DNA of 64,000 nucleotides from an uncultured delta proteobacterium (lineage in GTDB: Bacteria > Myxococcota_A > Polyangia > Polyangiales > Polyangiaceae). The first letter of the stretch is position 1. The number at the start of each line of letters is the position of its first letter. The stretch lies in NCBI GenBank assembly GCA_963841435.1, contig CAWJCS010000003.1, positions 96,001 to 160,000 of the forward strand, given 5' to 3'. Made by a program: the position numbers and the translations under genes. The notes below the pieces were generated by a model. The model worked only from the letters and a program-made list of their open reading frames with translations. It ran no database searches and was not told the origin of the DNA. This document shows positions 12,887 through 22,299 of the stretch, in pieces.

Positions 12887-15631
12887 TCAGTGCGGAAGGA
12901 GCGTTCGAAGCTCGAGGTACGCCGAGCCGAGGTACGCCCCGCCCACGAGCCAGAGCCGGAAACCTTTGACGAAGGGCTCGGAGCGCAGGCGATAGACGAG
13001 CGGCGCGACGAAGCAGAGCACGCCGAAGAGCGCGCGGGCAGCGAGGCTCGCGCCGTAGAGGTCACGGAGCCCGAGGAGCACCGACAAGACCTCGTAGGTG
13101 CCCCAAAACCACAACAGAATGGCGACCATCGGCACCCACGCGCTCGCCTGCTCCGGAAAGCCGAGCGCCTTGAGCAGACCCTTCGGGAAGAGGCCGAACG
13201 CCACGGCGACCGTCAGGTTTCCGATGCCGAGGCAAAGCAAGGCGGAAGAGGGCTCGTTCGGCGCGAGCAACCAGGCGCTCACGAGCGCGCTCGCGAGATC
13301 GGGAAGCGCCATGACGAGCAGCAGCGTGGAGCCGAGCCCGCGACCGAACGTGATGAAGAGCACGTACAGAAAGACGGAGACGCGGCCGACCACGCTCAAC
13401 CAGAAGAACGCGCGCACGTCGAAGATCGCCGCCGTCGCGTAGAAGGTCGCCATCACGAGCGGGGTCGCGCCGAGGATCGGGATCCAGGGTCCGTGCTCGC
13501 TCGGGAAGCCGAGCCGCCCGAGCACGCGGCGCGGCATCGCATAGACCGACAAACCGAAGAGCAGCATGTAGGCGGCGTACCAGTAGGCCGCGCGAGCGGG
13601 TCCACTCGGCTCGGGTGGCGCGGCGCGAAAACACGCCGCCGGCAGCGTCGCCGCGCCGAGCCCTTCGAGGGAGCGGCAGGCCGAGTGAAACCCGAGCACC
13701 CAGAGCTCGTCGAAAAAGTGCCCGAAAACCCCCAGCGCCACGCCGAGCAAGAGGAGGATCGGGTAGAGCGGCCGCGGCAGCGCCGCGAACCAGGCGAGCA
13801 CCCGGAGCGTGCTCGCCGCGCTCACGAGGAAGAGCTTCACCGCCCAGTCGACGACGAGCGGATTCTTCCACGCCAACTTGGCGCGGAAGCGCTCCGCGTC
13901 GCGGCGGCGGAGCCAGCGGAACGGCTCCTCTAGCTCGAAAATCTCCGCGTCGTCGAAGCTCGACTTCGACCGCTCGAGGATGGCGTTCGTGGCCGCGCGC
14001 GCCGCCTCGTTGGCGGCCTCCATCGTCGCGAGGTTCGTGTTCGTGCGCACGTAGTCCGACGCGAGATAAAGATTGTCGATCTCGGTCGTCGCCTCGGGCC
14101 GGAGCTTCCAGCTATCCTCGAGATTGACGAGCAGGGGCTCGGCGTTCGTCAAGAGGTCGGGCGCGCCGTCAACGCGGGCCACGGTGCGCCGGCGCGGGCC
14201 ACGCCGGCGCCCGCCGGGCGGCGCTGTCTGCTGCTTCTCCATGCGCTCGGCGATGTCGTCGTCGAGGTGAAACGGCTGGGTCGGGTGCAGCATCGAAGCG
14301 CGAAGCACCTGCTTTTCACCCTGATTGAGCGACGCCGAAAGCTGATGAAAGCACTCGTCGGCGACCTCGCGCGGCTCACAGTCCCAAGCTTCCTTGCCGT
14401 TCTGGCCCGGCACGTCCCACGCCGAGATGTCGACGGACACGACGGTCTTCACGGTCCCGTCGCCGAAGCTCGCCACGGGGAAGCGCGGCCAGAACTGGGA
14501 CTGCGCGATCGTCGTGAGCGCCCACGGCGAATCGACGTGGTTCACGTGGCCGTCGGCGAGGCTCACCTCCTCGGTGAGGTAGAACTGGATGCCGTTCATC
14601 CACTCCACTTGGTCCTCGCCGAGCGTGATGACGCCGGCGAGGCTCGGTGCCGCCTTCACGAGCTCCGGCTGTTTTCTGAGCAGGCTCGCCATCACCTCCA
14701 CGGGAACGGCGAGCACGAAGTGATCGCCTTTCACGAGCAGGGGCTCGCCCGCTGGGGCGGCGGGGGCGGCGTGCCCGGCGAGCGCGGCGCGCGGCCTCAC
14801 GACAACGCTCTCGACGTGCCGGCCCGTGGGGTCGAGGTTGATGCGCTCGAGCTCGAAGCCGCGTTCGTACTCGACGCCGAGCGACTCGAGCTTGGCGAGC
14901 CAGGGGTCGATCCACACCGGATTGGTGGGCCCGTCGAGGATGCGATCGGCCGTGTGGCCCGGCGTGATCAGGTCCAAGAGCAGCTGAAGACCGACCTGCC
15001 CCACCGTGCGCGCGTTCGCTGCTTCGGCACGGCTTGCCACGAGGTTTCGCGTTAGCCCGACGACGAGCAGGCGGCGAAACGCCTCGGAGCGCGCATCGGC
15101 GTCCATGAAGTGCCACCAGGTCTCGGGCTCGAGCTCGGCGAGCCGCCGGTCGCCCGACGACGTGAGGACCTGCCAGAGCTTCCACCACGTGAACACGAGG
15201 TCGTCGACGGTGATGCCCAGCTGCCCGACACCCTCGAAGAAGCCGAGCACGTAGCCGACCTCGCGCAGCGTGCGTGGAAAGCGCGCCGGCAACACGAACG
15301 GCGCGCGCCCCTGGAACGCGAAGGTCATCGTGTTGACCGCGATCAAGCGTTCGAACACGGTCTTGCCCGTGCCGTCCGGGATGCGGCGCATCGTGTCGGG
15401 CAGGTGCCGGTAGAAGCCGGGAAAAAAGCGAAAGCCGTGCTCGCCGGGCAGCGGCTCGTTCGCACCGACGGCGCTACCCGCGACCTCCGTGCTGCGTGCC
15501 TTGCCGCCCGGCACGTCGCGCTTCTCGAACACGCGAACGGCAAACCCCCGCTCCGCGAGCTCGTGGGCCGCCGTCATCCCCCCCACGCCGCCACCGAGAA
15601 TGACGACGCGCGCCTGTTCGGCGTCTGGCAC
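12887..15631 (-). CDS. FAD-dependent oxidoreductase (amine oxidase/carotenoid-hopanoid desaturase-like) fused to a C-terminal multi-TM domain
   Basis: GGGVGG dinucleotide motif, GEHGFRFFPGFYRHLPDTMRRIP, LYLASDYVRT..ATMEAANEAAR; last roughly 330 aa are mostly hydrophobic. Confidence 0.8.
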   Translation of the reverse strand: MPDAEQARVVILGGGVGGMTAAHELAERGFAVRVFEKRDVPGGKARSTEVAGSAVGANEPLPGEHGFRFFPGFYRHLPDTMRRIPDGTGKTVFERLIAVNTMTFAFQGRAPFVLPARFPRTLREVGYVLGFFEGVGQLGITVDDLVFTWWKLWQVLTSSGDRRLAELEPETWWHFMDADARSEAFRRLLVVGLTRNLVASRAEAANARTVGQVGLQLLLDLITPGHTADRILDGPTNPVWIDPWLAKLESLGVEYERGFELERINLDPTGRHVESVVVRPRAALAGHAAPAAPAGEPLLVKGDHFVLAVPVEVMASLLRKQPELVKAAPSLAGVITLGEDQVEWMNGIQFYLTEEVSLADGHVNHVDSPWALTTIAQSQFWPRFPVASFGDGTVKTVVSVDISAWDVPGQNGKEAWDCEPREVADECFHQLSASLNQGEKQVLRASMLHPTQPFHLDDDIAERMEKQQTAPPGGRRRGPRRRTVARVDGAPDLLTNAEPLLVNLEDSWKLRPEATTEIDNLYLASDYVRTNTNLATMEAANEAARAATNAILERSKSSFDDAEIFELEEPFRWLRRRDAERFRAKLAWKNPLVVDWAVKLFLVSAASTLRVLAWFAALPRPLYPILLLLGVALGVFGHFFDELWVLGFHSACRSLEGLGAATLPAACFRAAPPEPSGPARAAYWYAAYMLLFGLSVYAMPRRVLGRLGFPSEHGPWIPILGATPLVMATFYATAAIFDVRAFFWLSVVGRVSVFLYVLFITFGRGLGSTLLLVMALPDLASALVSAWLLAPNEPSSALLCLGIGNLTVAVAFGLFPKGLLKALGFPEQASAWVPMVAILLWFWGTYEVLSVLLGLRDLYGASLAARALFGVLCFVAPLVYRLRSEPFVKGFRLWLVGGAYLGSAYLELRTLLPH

Positions 15632-15976
15632 GAAATGTCATGTTATCTCGCCCCCTTCGTGGAGCCAAGCCCCCCTCCGCCCCGGGCGGCCTCGGGAGCG
15701 TCAAAAAGGCGCGCGCGAAACGGCGTGCCCCGAGCGCGGGTGCGACAGGGACTCACATGTGACCGTCCTGAGCGCGAACAACTACGCGACGCGCGCGGTC
15801 ATCGTGCGTGAGCACAGGGAGGCGGCAATGGGAGGGGTCGCGCGACGTGATGTGCGGCGCTCGGGTGGGGCGGGATGCCCGCCTGGGGCGTGCATGTCCA
15901 GGCGGTCGTGCGCGACGGGTGAGCGCTCACGTCACGACCAGCACCGTCTAGCGCAAGATTCGAGCTCCAGGCGAAC

Positions 15977-15992
15977 TGGCCCGCGTCTTGCT
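15977..15992 (+). promoter_or_regulatory. sigma54-type -24/-12 promoter
   Basis: TGGCCCG-CGTC-TTGCT upstream of the DUF4398-ompA-CDF operon. Confidence 0.75.
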
Positions 15993-16020
15993 GACTGATC
16001 GGGGCAAGAAAGGAAACACC

Positions 16021-16404
16021 ATGCGACTGACAAGTCTGCATCTGCTCGGAACCGCGCCGCTCGTGCTGGGCTTGGCCTGCGGCGGAGCTTCACTTCCGGC
16101 ACCGAAGGTCACGGAAGCGGAGTCTGCCGTAAGCGCTGCCGACGCAGTCGGCGCGGAGAACAATCCGCAAGCCGCGTTACATCTGAAGATGGCGCGGGAT
16201 CAGCTGGCCGAGGCCAGGAAAATGGTCGAGGACGGTAAAGAGGACGAGGCGCGGCTGGTGCTCGAGGGAGCAGAAGCCGACGCGAACCTCGCGCTCATGC
16301 TCACGCGTGAAGCGGACGCCCAGGCGCGCGCACGAGAGGCACAGAAGCAAGTGCGTGACCTTCAGGCGAGCGCCGACCAGACCCAATCCACCCAGACCCA
16401 GTAG
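16021..16404 (+). CDS. DUF4398-type lipoprotein
   Basis: Lipobox LGLAC; AESAVSAADAVGAENNPQAALHLKMARDQL...AEADANLA; RBS-like aaggaa. Confidence 0.8.
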   Translation: MRLTSLHLLGTAPLVLGLACGGASLPAPKVTEAESAVSAADAVGAENNPQAALHLKMARDQLAEARKMVEDGKEDEARLVLEGAEADANLALMLTREADAQARAREAQKQVRDLQASADQTQSTQTQ

Positions 16405-16430
16405 ATACCGGGACAAAAAGGACTTTCGTC

Positions 16431-17321
16431 ATGAGACAGCTTTTTCTGGCTCCGTTCGTGATTACTGCCGTGGCCTGCGCCAGCACCGCGCCGTCCAGGG
16501 AGCTCGTGGACGCGCGCCACGCCTATGACCAGGCCCGCGCCTCCCACGCCTCCGAGTACGGTCCGAATCGCGTTCTGGAGGCCAAGCAGGCTCTCGATCG
16601 CGCCGAGGCCGCCCACGCGGATGACCCGGGCTCTTTCCAAGAGAAACGCCTCGCCTACGTGGCGCATCGCGACGCACAAATCGCCCAAGCGTACGGCGAC
16701 TTCGCGTACGCGAAGGGCAACAAGGACGAGGCGCACAAGGCCTACGTCGCCGAGCAGGATAGGCAGCGGCGCGCGGCCGAGGCCGAGGCGGCAAGGCGCG
16801 GCGAACAGCTTGAAGAGGCACGCGATCAAATCGCGACCCAGAAGAGCAGTCTCGCCACGGAGCGGGCGGCGAGAACCAACGCCGAACGCCGAGCGGACGC
16901 CGCAGTCGCCAGTCTGAAGAAGCTCGCCCAGGTCAAGGAGGACGAGCGCGGAACGGTGATCACGCTCGACGGCTCCGTGCTGTTTCTAACAGGCAAATCG
17001 GAGCTGTTGCCGCTGGCCAAGCAGAAGCTCGACGACGTGGCGAAAGCGCTCGGCAACCTCGAAGACGAGCAGTCGATCACGGTCGAGGGCTATACGGATT
17101 CGCGCGGCTCGGCTGACAACAATCAGAAGCTGTCCGAAGCGCGCGCGCAGGCGGTTCGTTCGTATCTGGTGGAAAAGGGCGTCAAGGCGGACCGGATCAA
17201 GGCGGTCGGTAAGGGTGAGACCGATCCCGTGGCGTCCAACGACAACTCAGAGGGACGCGCCAACAATCGTCGCGTCGAGATCGTCATCGGTAAGCAAGGA
17301 ACGAAATCGACGACGAGCTAG
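16431..17321 (+). CDS. OmpA-family lipoprotein (DUF4398 + coiled coil + OmpA C-terminal domain)
   Basis: VEGYTDSRG, NQKLSEARAQAV, GRANNRRVEI. Confidence 0.9.
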   Translation: MRQLFLAPFVITAVACASTAPSRELVDARHAYDQARASHASEYGPNRVLEAKQALDRAEAAHADDPGSFQEKRLAYVAHRDAQIAQAYGDFAYAKGNKDEAHKAYVAEQDRQRRAAEAEAARRGEQLEEARDQIATQKSSLATERAARTNAERRADAAVASLKKLAQVKEDERGTVITLDGSVLFLTGKSELLPLAKQKLDDVAKALGNLEDEQSITVEGYTDSRGSADNNQKLSEARAQAVRSYLVEKGVKADRIKAVGKGETDPVASNDNSEGRANNRRVEIVIGKQGTKSTTS

Positions 17322-17342
17322 GGGCGGACGCGCGGACCTGCG

Positions 17343-18290
17343 ATGGCCGAAGAAGGCAAGCCACGACCCATCGCGGTGTACGGCGCCCTCGCGGCCAACC
17401 TGGGGATAGCGGTCGCGAAGTTCGTGACCGCCACCGTTTCCGGCAGCTCCGCCATGCTCGCGGAAGGCATCCACTCGATCACCGACAGCGGCAACGAGCT
17501 CCTTCTCTTGCTCGGGCTCCGCTTGAGCCGCAAGCCGCCGGACGAACAGCATCCGTACGGTCACGGTAAGGAGCTCTATTTCTGGAGCCTGATCGTCACG
17601 CTCGTCCTGTTCTCCGTCGGCGGGGGAATGTCCATTTACGAAGGCATTCAGCACCTTTTCAAGCCCACCCCACTGGAAGATCCGACTGCGAACTACGTCG
17701 TGCTCGGCATCGCCTTCGTGTTCGAAGGAAGCTCGCTCTTCGTCGCGGTGCGCGAGCTACGCCGCACGAGCTGGCGCGGGTCGCTGTGGCGCTCGGTGCG
17801 CGCGAGCAAGGACCCGTCCGTGTTCGCGATTGCCGGAGAGGACTCCGCGGCGCTCGTAGGGATCGCACTTGCTTTTTGTGGGATTGTTCTGTCGCACGCG
17901 ACCGGACTTCCCGTATTCGACGCGCTGGCGTCGCTCTTGATCGGCCTCGTGCTCTGCGCGGTGTCGGTCTTCCTGGCGGGCGAATGTCGCGCCCTCTTGG
18001 TCGGCGAGAGCGGGTCGCGCGAGCTCGTCGGCGACATCCGGCGCGTGGTGGCCGGTGACCCTGCCGTTCGGCGGGTGGGCAACCCCCTCACCATGCACCT
18101 CGGACCGCGCGAGGTGCTCCTCAACTTGAACGTCGATTTTCGACCGGATCTCAACGTGGATGACCTGCGGGACGCCATCGGCCGCATCGAGCGCGACGTC
18201 CGCCGAGCACGACCCGAAGTGACCCGGATCTTTCTCGAGTCCGCTTCACTGCAAGTTCCGACCACCGAGCACGCGCGGGGCTCAGGGTAG
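17343..18290 (+). CDS. Cation diffusion facilitator (CDF) family transporter
   Basis: GSSAMLAEGIHSITDSGN, HPYGHGKELYFW, EDSAAL. Confidence 0.9.
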   Translation: MAEEGKPRPIAVYGALAANLGIAVAKFVTATVSGSSAMLAEGIHSITDSGNELLLLLGLRLSRKPPDEQHPYGHGKELYFWSLIVTLVLFSVGGGMSIYEGIQHLFKPTPLEDPTANYVVLGIAFVFEGSSLFVAVRELRRTSWRGSLWRSVRASKDPSVFAIAGEDSAALVGIALAFCGIVLSHATGLPVFDALASLLIGLVLCAVSVFLAGECRALLVGESGSRELVGDIRRVVAGDPAVRRVGNPLTMHLGPREVLLNLNVDFRPDLNVDDLRDAIGRIERDVRRARPEVTRIFLESASLQVPTTEHARGSG

Positions 18291-18442
18291 GGTGAACTCG
18301 TAGGCTGGATCGACTTCCAGCGCCCCAGGAGCGCTCTCGTCTGCCTCCGCGCGGCCCTCGGGAATGACCGCGTGTGTCGCGGCTGTTTGGGGGGCCTCTT
18401 CGTCGTCGCCGGCCCATTCGAAGAGGCCGACGCAGGGCTTGG

Positions 18443-18964
18443 TCATTTCATCGTCGGGGGCGCCGTAGCGCGGAAGGGGCGGGGCTTCGTTCGGGGTGTC
18501 TCCATTGCGGGAAGAGGGCTGGGGGCTGGCGACAAGTCGCCGGACAATACGTGGTCGAGGTGCTCCGCCAGAGTCAGGCGGTCGACTGCCGAGATCCGGA
18601 CGAGTTCGAAGGCGTGGCGCTGCGCGATGCTGCGCACGGGGCGCGCGACGACGCGGACGGGCGAGGTCGCGCCGGGAACGAAGAGGTCGAGGCCGTAGCG
18701 CTGATCGGAGCGGAAGACCAGGCGCCCGCGGCGACCGACGAATTCCAGCACGACGCCGGTCGCGGAGAGCTCGACCGCGATCGCGTACGCGCTGCTGCTG
18801 CGGCCGGACAGGAGAGCCCAGCAGTGCGTCGGCAAGCGGAGGCCGAGCCGCCGTTGTCGCCGGTGCCCAAAGGCGCCGAAGTCGACCGCCGGGAGGTCGT
18901 CGATGCGGGCTAGGATCGCTTGCCAGGCGCGGTCGAGCTGCGCGAGTTCTTCGAGTTGACTCAT
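18443..18964 (-). CDS. PilZ-like domain protein
   Basis: RRQRR (RxxxR) followed by ELSATG (D/NxSxxG variant) and a beta-rich remainder. Confidence 0.6.
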   Translation of the reverse strand: MSQLEELAQLDRAWQAILARIDDLPAVDFGAFGHRRQRRLGLRLPTHCWALLSGRSSSAYAIAVELSATGVVLEFVGRRGRLVFRSDQRYGLDLFVPGATSPVRVVARPVRSIAQRHAFELVRISAVDRLTLAEHLDHVLSGDLSPAPSPLPAMETPRTKPRPFRATAPPTMK

Positions 18965-18977
18965 CGCACAGGCACCG

Positions 18978-18993
18978 TGCAGCTTCCGGGCCA
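18978..18993 (-). promoter_or_regulatory. sigma54-type promoter
   Basis: Minus strand TGGCCCG-GAAG-CTGCA, 13 nt before ATG 18964. Confidence 0.65.
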
Positions 18994-19386
18994 CGTTGCG
19001 TCGGGCGTCCAGGGCCCTCGTTTAGCGTCTTCCGTGCGTCATTGTGCCACGCGCGTGCAAGACCGCCCGCGACGCGCCGCCACTCGGGCCGCCACCGGCT
19101 CGGTTTGCTCGAGCCAATTCGCGAGCCCCTCTAGCGCGCGATCCTGACGCTTCCCAGGCCACCCGCTGAGCTGCCGCCCGTGCCGCCGAGGCCTGCGGGG
19201 CCTCCAAAGGTCCCCCCGACTCCGTCGCTGAGCTGCGCGACGGCGGGCCTGATAACGGTCTCTTGGTGCTCGGGTTCGGCGGAGCTAGGTCGTCGCTTGT
19301 CGAGCGCGAGCGGGGCGTTTTGGCTGAGGTGGGTCAGCGGTACGCGCGAATCTCGGCATCAGCGCCGAAACGCGAGGGGCGACGCG

Positions 19387-19402
19387 AGGCACGAAATCTG
19401 CA
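19387..19402 (+). promoter_or_regulatory. sigma54-type promoter
   Basis: AGGCACG-AAAT-CTGCA, 11 nt before ATG 19414. Confidence 0.7.
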
Positions 19403-19413
19403 CGATGCCGGGC

Positions 19414-19653
19414 ATGACAACCCGCACCCGCAAGTCGAACGGCAACAAGGTCGAAGGCGAAGGCAGCTATAGCGCAACGCGCAATTACAATCGACATCTC
19501 GCCAGCGCCCTCAGTGACGAACGCAGCATTCGGAGCGGCGCCGAGCGGGCGCGCCGAGCGGTCGAAGGCCCGGAGGCGGCGGCGCTCCGCGTGGCGGAAA
19601 GAAAGGCCAAGGCCGGCCCACGCCCGACAGGCAAACGGGCCCGGGTCCGTTGA
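19414..19653 (+). CDS. Small hydrophilic conserved protein (EGEGxYxAxRxYN type)
   Basis: MTTRTRKSNGNKVEGEGSYSATRNYN...ARRAVEGPEAAALRVAE; directly behind a sigma54 motif. Confidence 0.65.
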   Translation: MTTRTRKSNGNKVEGEGSYSATRNYNRHLASALSDERSIRSGAERARRAVEGPEAAALRVAERKAKAGPRPTGKRARVR

Positions 19654-19826
19654 GAAAGAGAGCGCCGGCAGCGTGGTAGCGCGCGAGCTGGTCCCCTTGC
19701 GGCTCGCGCGCGAAGCGCTGGACATCTGGCGAGAGGCCGAAGTCGGGGCGGACGGCTCACGAGGTCCAGGGTGACGTGCTTGCCGAGGAGCGTCAGCGCG
19801 CCGCGCACGGCGTGCCCGGGCCCTAG

Positions 19827-20327
19827 CTACTTCTTCGCGGCTTCGTAGCGCGGCAGGAGCTGCTCGGCATGGTCGGAACCGAGTGCCTCCTGCGCTCGCG
19901 GAAAGAATTCGCCTTCTTCCTCGTCAACGTGGCTCTCGACCAACTCGACGAGCTGGTCGAAGGCACGCTTCCACGCGTCCGAGCGGATGGCCTGCGCGTC
20001 AACTTCCGCAATGGCTGCCTCGAGCTCTTGAGCCTCTTCTGCGTGCTGCGCGGAAATGGCGGCCGTTTCGGGAAACTCGGCAATTGCGGGATAGACGACC
20101 GCGAGCTCGCCTTTCTCGTGGGACAAGAGCTCCTTACGGATCGTCGGGTAGAGCTCCTCGCGGACTTTCGGGTCCGAGCTTGCCTTCACGCGCTTGAGCA
20201 ACGAGCCGACTTTCCCGTGCTCCTCCATCAGGTGCATGAAGACTCCGCTCAAACCCTTCATGCCGGCTTTCACGTCCTTCATTGCCCCTCTGGCCTGTGA
20301 GGCCAAATTGTCCGTCGTTTTCAACAT
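19827..20327 (-). CDS. Hemerythrin-domain protein
   Basis: EEH...HEKGELAVVYP...HAEEA...HVDEEEGEFFP pattern. Confidence 0.85.
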   Translation of the reverse strand: MLKTTDNLASQARGAMKDVKAGMKGLSGVFMHLMEEHGKVGSLLKRVKASSDPKVREELYPTIRKELLSHEKGELAVVYPAIAEFPETAAISAQHAEEAQELEAAIAEVDAQAIRSDAWKRAFDQLVELVESHVDEEEGEFFPRAQEALGSDHAEQLLPRYEAAKK

Positions 20328-20387
20328 AGCGCTCCCTGCTTTCGTGATGGCGATTGCTTCTCGTTGGCAATCGCGAGCGGAACCACA

Positions 20388-20403
20388 AGCAACGGTCGTG
20401 CCG
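20388..20403 (-). promoter_or_regulatory. sigma54-type promoter
   Basis: Minus strand CGGCACG-ACCG-TTGCT upstream of the hemerythrin gene; hairpin GCGATTGC/GCAATCGC (20350-20374) in the predicted 5' UTR. Confidence 0.75.
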
Positions 20404-20764
20404 CAGGCGTTCTTGGAACGACGGTAGAGCGAGACCCGGGGCGCTCCCGAATTCGGGAACACTGGCGTCGGGCTGTGGCGGCCAGTCTGCCTCGGCGCGA
20501 CAGGCTGGTACGGCTGGGGTCGCCGTCGAAACCGAAGCACGACGGCAGGGCGATGGCCGGCCCTGCGACCGTCCTCACGGAAAGCGGCGCCACTCGTCGT
20601 CCAGTCACGGCGCACGACGGCATCGCGCTCGACCCGACGAGCGCTGCGGGTTGGCTGGCTGCCACGCTGGAGGAAGCCATTCGGGCCCTAGCGCCTCGCG
20701 CAGCCACGGAGGATGCATACGAGGGCGGCGCAATCAGCTCGCTGTGAGCTGATTCCTTCGTTGT

Positions 20765-21157
20765 TCAGGACTCGCCGCGCTGGGGGGCCGAAGCCGGCGC
20801 CGGAGGTGCGGCGGGCAGCGCGGCGATGGCCCGTCGCACGACGAGTCGCACCAAAGCGGTGGCGAGGGAGCCCGCCAAAGCACGGGCGAATTTTTGGCCG
20901 AGCGAAGCTTCCGACACCCAACGTAGCCTCATGCGTCGGGGTTGGGCGGCCGCTCGCACGAGCAGGGCCAGCCCGGCGCCCGTTAGTATCCCGGCCGCGA
21001 CGAGCGCCGGCTTGGCCTCGCGCAGGGCCTTGCTCAAGGCTTTGCGTCCGTCCTCCGACACGCTCGCCAGATCGGCGGCGAGCGCGGCGCGCGCGCGCTC
21101 GGCCTCGCGCGCAGCCGAGTTGACGGTCGCCGACATTGAGTTCAGGCTATGTTCCAT
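20765..21157 (-). CDS. DUF3618/DUF883-like membrane-anchored small protein
   Basis: AREAERARAALAADL helix followed by a TM segment; sits downstream of the YqjE-like gene. Confidence 0.55.
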   Translation of the reverse strand: MEHSLNSMSATVNSAAREAERARAALAADLASVSEDGRKALSKALREAKPALVAAGILTGAGLALLVRAAAQPRRMRLRWVSEASLGQKFARALAGSLATALVRLVVRRAIAALPAAPPAPASAPQRGES

Positions 21158-21524
21158 GCGGTTTCCTCGTTGCTGGAGGGTCGAAAGCTGAGTCTGCGTG
21201 TCGGCTCTGCAGGTCCTTGAGACCTCGAAGCGCAAAGAGGAGGAGCACCGCGGCGGCTCCCAGCGGCAGCGCCACCCAGGACAACGCCAGAAACCATCCG
21301 GCGCGCGGGGCCGAGGCGGGCGAAAGCACGACGGCAATCACGGCGGCTTGCATCAAGGAGCTCGCCAATAGCACCAGGACCAGGACCTTCAGGGCGCCTG
21401 CCAGGAACGCCTTCGCGTGCGCCAGCACCAGCTTGATCTCGGCGTGCGCCAGCTCCGTCGCGCTCTCGGCGACCCGGGCCAGGTGCGCGGCCGATTGCGC
21501 CTCGGTTCCGCTCTTGTCGGTCAT
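21147..21524 (-). CDS. YqjE/'phage holin family'-like membrane protein
   Basis: ELAHAEIKL motif followed by two TM helices; typical gene order with the DUF3618-like gene. Confidence 0.6.
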   Translation of the reverse strand: MTDKSGTEAQSAAHLARVAESATELAHAEIKLVLAHAKAFLAGALKVLVLVLLASSLMQAAVIAVVLSPASAPRAGWFLALSWVALPLGAAAVLLLFALRGLKDLQSRHADSAFDPPATRKPHGT

Positions 21525-21556
21525 TCGAGTCCACTGCTGCATCCGCGTCCGCGTCC

Positions 21557-21859
21557 TCAGTAGCCAGGTGGATCACTGGCAGGGAACGATTCCCAGCTTG
21601 CTTCGTCCACGCGATCGCGCGTGCCTGCTTGGAAGCCTTGGCGGGCCCGAGTGCGCAGGACACGAACGCGCGGGTGCTGGCGGGCCTGCTCGAGCAAGAG
21701 GTAGGTGCCTGCCACGCCAGCCGCGAGGCCAATCCAGCCACTCTTGAGGATTCCCAATGCCAGAAGGACCAGCCCGCCCGACGCAATGACCCCGCGTCCT
21801 AGGCCGCTGTGGGGCTCGGTGGCGCGCCCTACCGCCATGATATCGAACGTCTCGGACAT
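21557..21859 (-). CDS. Small membrane protein with C-terminal DEASxESFPASDPP motif
   Basis: Two short TM segments; ends RVDEASWESFPASDPPGY. Confidence 0.7.
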   Translation of the reverse strand: MSETFDIMAVGRATEPHSGLGRGVIASGGLVLLALGILKSGWIGLAAGVAGTYLLLEQARQHPRVRVLRTRARQGFQAGTRDRVDEASWESFPASDPPGY

Positions 21860-21911
21860 CTCGACCTCTCTTTCCGCGCACTCTCTCGACGGAGCTTTCG
21901 CGGAAGGGCCG

Positions 21912-21927
21912 TGCAGATTTCATGCCC
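21912..21927 (-). promoter_or_regulatory. sigma54-type promoter
   Basis: Minus strand GGGCATG-AAAT-CTGCA. Confidence 0.7.
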
Positions 21928-22007
21928 GGAGCGCCGAGCCGGACTTTCGCCGCGCACTCGTTGCGCAAGGGCTCACCCGACGCAGGGAGCCGCGCGCCCA
22001 TGAGCTC

Positions 22008-22023
22008 AGGCACCGGGATTGCA
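22008..22023 (+). promoter_or_regulatory. sigma54-type promoter with no recognisable gene behind it
   Basis: AGGCACC-GGGA-TTGCA, followed by aaggaac and ATG 22040. Confidence 0.55.
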
Positions 22024-22299
22024 GGAGCAAGGAACAACGATGGCCTCGAGCGCGAGTGGGACTGATGCACGAGTCCGCGACGCTGTCCGCTGCGAAGCGG
22101 ACGTTTCACGACGTGCGGCAGTTCTTGCACCGCGGCTGCATCGCCCGTGAAGGCTCGAACCTCCGCGGCACGCCAACCCGCGCGGTCGTGAGCGTTCGTG
22201 CCCCACCGAGGCAGTTTTGGCCACCCGAAGCGGCCGAACGACGACGTGCTGTGCCCTTTGCGGCTGAACCCAGCGACTCGAGGGGCGGCTGTCTGCGGA

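Noticed and set aside
20364-20747. Plus-strand ORF between hemerythrin and the DUF3618-like gene
   Set aside because: No motif, RBS or promoter support; may be a relic but cannot be called.
21147-21524. Prophage holin
   Set aside because: No phage genes; context fits the YqjE-like stress membrane protein.
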